Source of the DNA: an uncultured virus (IMG/VR IMGVR_UViG_3300031951_000036)
Lineage: Duplodnaviria > Heunggongvirae > Uroviricota > Caudoviricetes
Virus record (IMG/VR): IMGVR_UViG_3300031951_000036
Length of the DNA: 20,000 bases
Strand: one strand, 5' to 3'
In this document: piece after piece, positions 15,917 to 20,000 of the stretch
Numbering within the stretch: position 1 is the stretch's first letter
How the letters are laid out: the number at the start of each line of letters is the position of its first letter
Notes under the pieces: model-generated
Told to the model about the DNA's origin: nothing
Databases searched by the model: none
The model's input: only the letters and a program-made list of their open reading frames with translations
Made by a program: the position numbers and the translations under genes

Positions 15917-17473
15917 TTAGGTTGATGGACACATTGCTACAACACTGTTTACGCATAATTGGACAGTGCTACCTCCAATGCTCTGTACGCATTTGATAAT
16001 TCTACTGGTGTTACCGCAGCTGCTTGTCTGAGCACATTCTGCCTTACCAATGTGCGCATAGGTAACAGTGCCTTGAGACTGACCATTGAGTATGGTGATT
16101 ACAGAAGTACCAACACTTGCAACACCGCACTCATTCGTTTCATCATAATCAACGGTTATGCTAATAGCACTACCTGTATTAACTATTGGAGTTCCGCTGG
16201 TATTCTGCAGGCGCGCAACAGTACGCTTGTTTTGCACAGGATAAGTTACACTGCGGCATGTTGCAATAGAACCTGTTGCGTTCTCTTCAAACAGATAAAT
16301 ACAAAGTGATGTAGCAGCTACACGAAGTTCACTTATGGTTTGGGCAACTGCGGATTCTCCGCAAGAATAAAGAGCGGTGATCTGAACAACATAAGGTTTG
16401 CCTTCTTCCAAAGCCGCTGTATTCAGATTAATAACATTTGTGGGATGATTAACATATTGAGTGAGTACAGCGCTGCCAGAAGGTAAACCACCAGATGCCA
16501 TAAACGCTTGAATCATATACTCAACAGGAGTTTCGCTGGTTCCAGTCAAAGGTAGAGACCAGCTAACTGTCGCTGTGGTATTGGTCAATCCACTAACAGC
16601 AACATTAGTCGGAGGAAGTAGTACACAAGATGCAACAGGCGTACCACAGCACTCTGTAATCTTTGAGCGCATATCGCAAATAGTCAGCCACATGTTGTTA
16701 AGATTCTCCATGAGCGTTACAGGGCTTATTACCCAACCAGGAAGCTCTTGCATCAACACATCGCTGTCCATTAAAGTAGACTGTGTATCTAGGCCTGTAC
16801 ACTCTGTTGCAATAACAGCATTGATCTGAGCTACTGTACCTAGTACCTGGGAAAGCGCACAAAACTTATTTTCTAAGTTATAAAAGGCCTGTTGTACAGG
16901 AAGAGACGCACCTGGTGTAGGTCCGCTGGCACACTGTACCGTTACATTTATAAGCGGGTTAACGCTTCCCCCTGAACTGTTGCTTTCCAGCAAAGTCACA
17001 CGGTTTTCCAGTGACTTGATGTTGGTATCCAAGTCACCAATTACCAAGTAAATGTCACAAATTGCCTGAGCAATATGCTCTACGTACTCTGTGAGAGGCA
17101 GGGTGGTAATGGTGTTCCCATCGCTATCTGTATACTGCAAACACTCTGGCAAATCATATACTTCAGTTTCAGGAGTAACTATTCCATTGGCTGATAATGC
17201 CAGGCAAAGTTTAGTAACTACTAACTGGTAAAACTCATCACGGGTGGTAGGTGCAACATCCCCCTCTGTCAAAAGACAGGTCAGGTCAATGTCAAATGCG
17301 CTATCTGCTATTTCGCAGAAAAGCGTACCCAGTTTGTAAACTACCTCGGTAACAGAGTCACCAGAGCAAAGGCTAAGACAAGGAATGTCTGGACCCTGCC
17401 AGATCACGCAATTGGATGACACCGGAGTGCATGCCTCTGACGTTTGAGTTATGTTGGATTTTACTGGCTTCAT
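15917..17473 (-). CDS. Cys-rich fibre-like structural protein with coiled coil and fibronectin type III domain, 518 aa
   Basis: Heptad segment IGDLDTNIKSLENRVTLLE. FN3 signature PPTNVAVSGLTNTTATVSW ... EYMIQ ... LEEGKPYVVQITA (about 16337-16627). 25 Cys counted. ATGA coupling at 17470-17473. Confidence 0.7.
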   Translation of the reverse strand: MKPVKSNITQTSEACTPVSSNCVIWQGPDIPCLSLCSGDSVTEVVYKLGTLFCEIADSAFDIDLTCLLTEGDVAPTTRDEFYQLVVTKLCLALSANGIVTPETEVYDLPECLQYTDSDGNTITTLPLTEYVEHIAQAICDIYLVIGDLDTNIKSLENRVTLLESNSSGGSVNPLINVTVQCASGPTPGASLPVQQAFYNLENKFCALSQVLGTVAQINAVIATECTGLDTQSTLMDSDVLMQELPGWVISPVTLMENLNNMWLTICDMRSKITECCGTPVASCVLLPPTNVAVSGLTNTTATVSWSLPLTGTSETPVEYMIQAFMASGGLPSGSAVLTQYVNHPTNVINLNTAALEEGKPYVVQITALYSCGESAVAQTISELRVAATSLCIYLFEENATGSIATCRSVTYPVQNKRTVARLQNTSGTPIVNTGSAISITVDYDETNECGVASVGTSVITILNGQSQGTVTYAHIGKAECAQTSSCGNTSRIIKCVQSIGGSTVQLCVNSVVAMCPST

Positions 17474-17697
17474 AGGGTATTGATTCTTTCTTCAACAGCT
17501 GTATGTGAACAACCTTGATATTCCACTGAGCATCCGCAGCCCTTGCGCTCCAGGTTACGCATGTAGATGGTGCGTAGGTCATCTGCCAATACCGCATCCA
17601 CCTTGGCGCGGCAAGACTTCAGACCAAAGCGCTTCTTCTGCATTTCCTGAAAAACTGCATCTGCAAAAAGCTCATTGATGTGCTCTAAGGTATTCAC
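17470..17697 (-). CDS. Hypothetical protein, 75 aa (GTG start)
   Basis: Coupled on both sides: its GTG overlaps the TGA of the 54-aa gene (GTGA) and its TGA overlaps the ATG of the 518-aa gene. Confidence 0.7.
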   Translation of the reverse strand: MNTLEHINELFADAVFQEMQKKRFGLKSCRAKVDAVLADDLRTIYMRNLERKGCGCSVEYQGCSHTAVEERINTL

Positions 17698-17858
17698 CTG
17701 TTATAGTTGTTGAGATTGATGTTTTGAATATTCTGGGTCAGCTTTAGCATGTTTTCATACTGCGTAATACAGTTGGAACATACAGAACGTCCGTCTGAAG
17801 CTGTGCGTACCTGGCAGCTACAGCCTAGGTTTGCACTACAGTTGTTACATTTTGCCAT
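17694..17858 (-). CDS. Small Cys-rich (Zn-finger-like) protein, 54 aa
   Basis: Not in the ORF track (shortest listed ORF is 60 aa). Manual translation: MAKCNNCSANLGCSCQVRTASDGRSVCSNCITQYENMLKLTQNIQNINLNNYNR*. Pattern CxxC-x5-CxC-x11-CxxC. It fills the gap between two genes and overlaps the next start. Confidence 0.8.
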   Translation of the reverse strand: MAKCNNCSANLGCSCQVRTASDGRSVCSNCITQYENMLKLTQNIQNINLNNYNR

Positions 17859-17873
17859 ATACTTGTTGGTTGG

Positions 17874-18440
17874 TTAGCAATTGCATGTAGAGCAACATCC
17901 GCTCTGGTACTTCTTTAAAAGTTTTTGGGCATAAGTCAGCATGTTAGAGGCATCCTTTGGGGAATGGCAGTATTCAGCCTTTGCCTTAGCCGCATCCAAA
18001 AACATCTTGATATACCTGAGGTCATGCATTTTTTCATGTTGCTCAGGTGTGGGTTCACAAGTTGTCAGCTGTACTTTACACAGCTCTTTATAGTAAGTGT
18101 TTAATGTTGCCGTAGTTCTAAGGTGATAGTACTCTACATACACCTTGTCATTAGGGGACACAGAAAACTTGATGGTATATAAACCGTCTGGCAGCTCTGT
18201 GATTGCAGGATTATTTACAGGCATTAGACCTAGGTCGGTTGCAGAAAGATTCTTGCAAAATGCAGGCTCAAGACCTTCACTGATATAAACAGGTACGGTA
18301 TACCCTGGTAGATATATGTCTAAACGCTGACAATCTACGGCAAGGCCTTGCGCGTAGACAGATGCGTCACAGATGCGCAAGATGTTCTCACACGCTGTGT
18401 CTGGAACATCAAGGGATAGGTTGTGTCTGAGTGTTGCCAT
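17874..18440 (-). CDS. Putative virion structural protein, 188 aa (beta-rich N-terminus, helical C-terminus, Cys-rich tail)
   Basis: LPDGLYTIKFSVSP motif and C-terminal GCCSTCNC. First gene after the terminator and the 24-nt motif. Exact role unknown. Confidence 0.5.
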   Translation of the reverse strand: MATLRHNLSLDVPDTACENILRICDASVYAQGLAVDCQRLDIYLPGYTVPVYISEGLEPAFCKNLSATDLGLMPVNNPAITELPDGLYTIKFSVSPNDKVYVEYYHLRTTATLNTYYKELCKVQLTTCEPTPEQHEKMHDLRYIKMFLDAAKAKAEYCHSPKDASNMLTYAQKLLKKYQSGCCSTCNC

Positions 18441-18464
18441 AGGATATAAAATGCAGAGTAATCT

Positions 18465-18488
18465 CTACAATAAGAATTTACAAAAAAA
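18465..18488 (-). promoter_or_regulatory. Conserved 24-nt upstream motif, copy 2 (candidate phage promoter): minus-strand TTTTTTTGTAAATTCTTATTGTAG
   Basis: Intergenic, just downstream of a terminator and 24 nt before the ATG at 18440. 23/24 identical to 10961-10984. Confidence 0.65.
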
Positions 18489-18501
18489 ACAGCTAGAAAA
18501 C

Positions 18502-18538
18502 AAAAAAGGAGACCAAGTTTCCATGATCTCCTTTTTTT
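18502..18538 (-). terminator. Rho-independent terminator (possibly bidirectional)
   Basis: Minus strand GGAGATCA-tggaaact-TGGTCTCC-TTTTTT: 8-bp stem with one G.U pair, flanked by an A-tract and a T-tract, about 20 nt after the stop at 18555. Confidence 0.85.
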
Positions 18539-18554
18539 ATCAGTCAGGTGCTGC

Positions 18555-20000
18555 TTACACAGCTACACCAAATTCATCAACACACTTCACAGGGTTTCCG
18601 GCAGCTGCAAAATAGTCATTCAAGAAATCAATGAAACCGCTTATAGAAGAGTCAGCGCTGTCAGAAGCAGGGAACACAATTTTGATCAAATATTGATCGC
18701 TGTCCATAGTTCCGCTTGGGTTGCTGCTACGAGGTACATTGTGTAAAATGTGCAATGCCCAGTACTTAGCAGATCTGCTAATATCACCCAAGGTAGTATT
18801 ACCAAGAATCTCACGCATGCGTGGATCTTGTTTCCATGGCTCTTGTCTGTATTCTTTATCCAAGATATACTCACGAACTACAGTTTCTCCAAAACCTTTA
18901 CCTTGTTTAGCTTGTTGCAATACATATGCACCACCAGCAGTAATTATAGAAGTTGTAGGATTAGTGATTACACCACCTTTTCCAAAACATGCAGTATCAC
19001 AAGGAACATTAGTTTGTTCTACAACTGAAGCATAAATCTCAATTGGTTGATACTCAACATGATCTTTTGGAGAGAATGAACAATCACCAAAAGTAGTATC
19101 CATATAAGATGCAGTCAATACCAAGAAACAATCATTACTATCTGCATCACCTGCTGTTTCAGGAGCATAATCAGCAAATGCTGTAGTTACTGGAGAATAA
19201 AACTTCAAATCGTTTTTGTTATTAAGAGTTGAACCTGCAGGAGCAGCAGCTAACGCTGGGAATTCAATAGTAATATTAGTTCCAGATAATGTTTTTACAA
19301 CAGAACCAACAGGAATACCAGTACCAGTTACACGTTGACCAACAGCAACTCCATTAGCGCTATCTAAAACAAAAGCAGCAGTAGTGGTAGTAAATGTTGC
19401 ATCATTACCATTTGAACCAGTGGTTACTGCAAAGTTAAATACAGAAGCTTCAACAAATTGATTCAAAATCAATGATTCGTTGATACGCTCTTTCCATTGC
19501 AACAAAAGAACCATTGGATCAATATTGCTATCACTGCCATCGCAGCAACCAGAATAAGCATCAACAGTTTGATACAAATTGTGAGTCAAGAAACGCAATG
19601 CAGGAGAACCTTTAACATCAACACGCAAACGGTAAGTAGTATCACAAGCAATACTTGTACAATCTGTGGTGGGTTTTACCATCAAAATGTGGTTTACGGG
19701 ATTTGCAGATTTAGTCAAATAGAATGCACTAACATACTTAGGATTGATACCTTTAGTTTTTACAGTCTCTTGGTATCCACCATGAAGTGAAGAACCCAAT
19801 ACATCAGTTTGATAAAAGCTTCCCTGTGCCAGGTAAATCATTCTCAGACCGTTTCCGTACAGATCTACAACGGGTTCTGCAAAGTCAACGAGTTTGTGAT
19901 TTTTAGGGTCAACAATACCTACCTGCCCAGGAAGTAAGGTAGTAGTTGCTTCTGTACCAGTTCCAAGCTTGAATGGAGTGGGACTGTTTGCGACCAACAT
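18555..20000 (-). CDS. Abundant virion structural protein, probably a crAss-like auxiliary capsid protein ('gene 75'-like); 5' end probably outside the window
   Basis: The ORF runs to the window edge. KTKGINPKYV, TYRLRVDVKGSP and QAKQGKGFGETV resemble, from recall, the protein encoded after the major capsid gene in crAss-like phages. Third codon positions look A/T-biased and a strong terminator follows. Confidence 0.5.
   Translation of the reverse strand: MLVANSPTPFKLGTGTEATTTLLPGQVGIVDPKNHKLVDFAEPVVDLYGNGLRMIYLAQGSFYQTDVLGSSLHGGYQETVKTKGINPKYVSAFYLTKSANPVNHILMVKPTTDCTSIACDTTYRLRVDVKGSPALRFLTHNLYQTVDAYSGCCDGSDSNIDPMVLLLQWKERINESLILNQFVEASVFNFAVTTGSNGNDATFTTTTAAFVLDSANGVAVGQRVTGTGIPVGSVVKTLSGTNITIEFPALAAAPAGSTLNNKNDLKFYSPVTTAFADYAPETAGDADSNDCFLVLTASYMDTTFGDCSFSPKDHVEYQPIEIYASVVEQTNVPCDTACFGKGGVITNPTTSIITAGGAYVLQQAKQGKGFGETVVREYILDKEYRQEPWKQDPRMREILGNTTLGDISRSAKYWALHILHNVPRSSNPSGTMDSDQYLIKIVFPASDSADSSISGFIDFLNDYFAAAGNPVKCVDEFGVAV

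Noticed and set aside
402..19790. All plus-strand ORFs in the track (60-149 aa) and short minus-strand ORFs nested in other frames (e.g. 5437-5643, 6664-7008, 9693-9911, 11134-11337, 11695-11979, 13891-14094, 17373-17597, 18686-18874)
   Set aside because: They are antisense or out-of-frame shadows of long, motif-bearing, translationally coupled minus-strand genes and show no recognisable motifs.
1..20000. Stop-codon reassignment (TAG or TGA), known in some crAss-like phages
   Set aside because: All genes are intact under the standard code, with no in-frame TAG or TGA. TGA is used as a stop at 11018, 17470 and 17694. No gene ends in TAG, but TAG is rare anyway, so this is not evidence of recoding.
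1..20000. tRNA, rRNA, CRISPR array, integrase or IS element
   Set aside because: None recognisable. Intergenic gaps are at most about 140 nt and are accounted for by terminators and promoter-like motifs.

Overview
This window is a structural (virion morphogenesis) block from a tailed dsDNA phage. Gene order and motifs, recognised by eye without any database search, point to an environmental crAss-like (Crassvirales-related) podophage of a Bacteroidota host. All credible genes are on the minus strand and many are translationally coupled (TAATG, ATGA, GTGA). In transcription order: a 5'-truncated auxiliary-capsid-like gene; a terminator; three Cys-rich small proteins (one missing from the ORF track); a Cys-repeat/FN3 fibre-like protein; a collagen-like fibre; a beta-propeller-like putative receptor-binding protein; a terminator; a metallophosphoesterase with its own Bacteroidota-type promoter; an IHF/HU-like protein; two ring/tubular proteins; a minimal HExxH zincin; a ~1887-aa tail stabilisation/muzzle-like protein with an inserted VWA + Ig-like module; and a >853-aa ORF missing from the track (2561 to the window edge). 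Manual translation shows this last ORF is modular, with an NlpC/P60/CHAP-like peptidase and a lytic-transglycosylase domain, and a recurring xxGG / LxKF motif at several module boundaries. A 24-nt motif (23/24 identical) lies upstream of two structural gene clusters and is a candidate phage-specific promoter. All product names are motif- or synteny-based and need HMM or structure confirmation.
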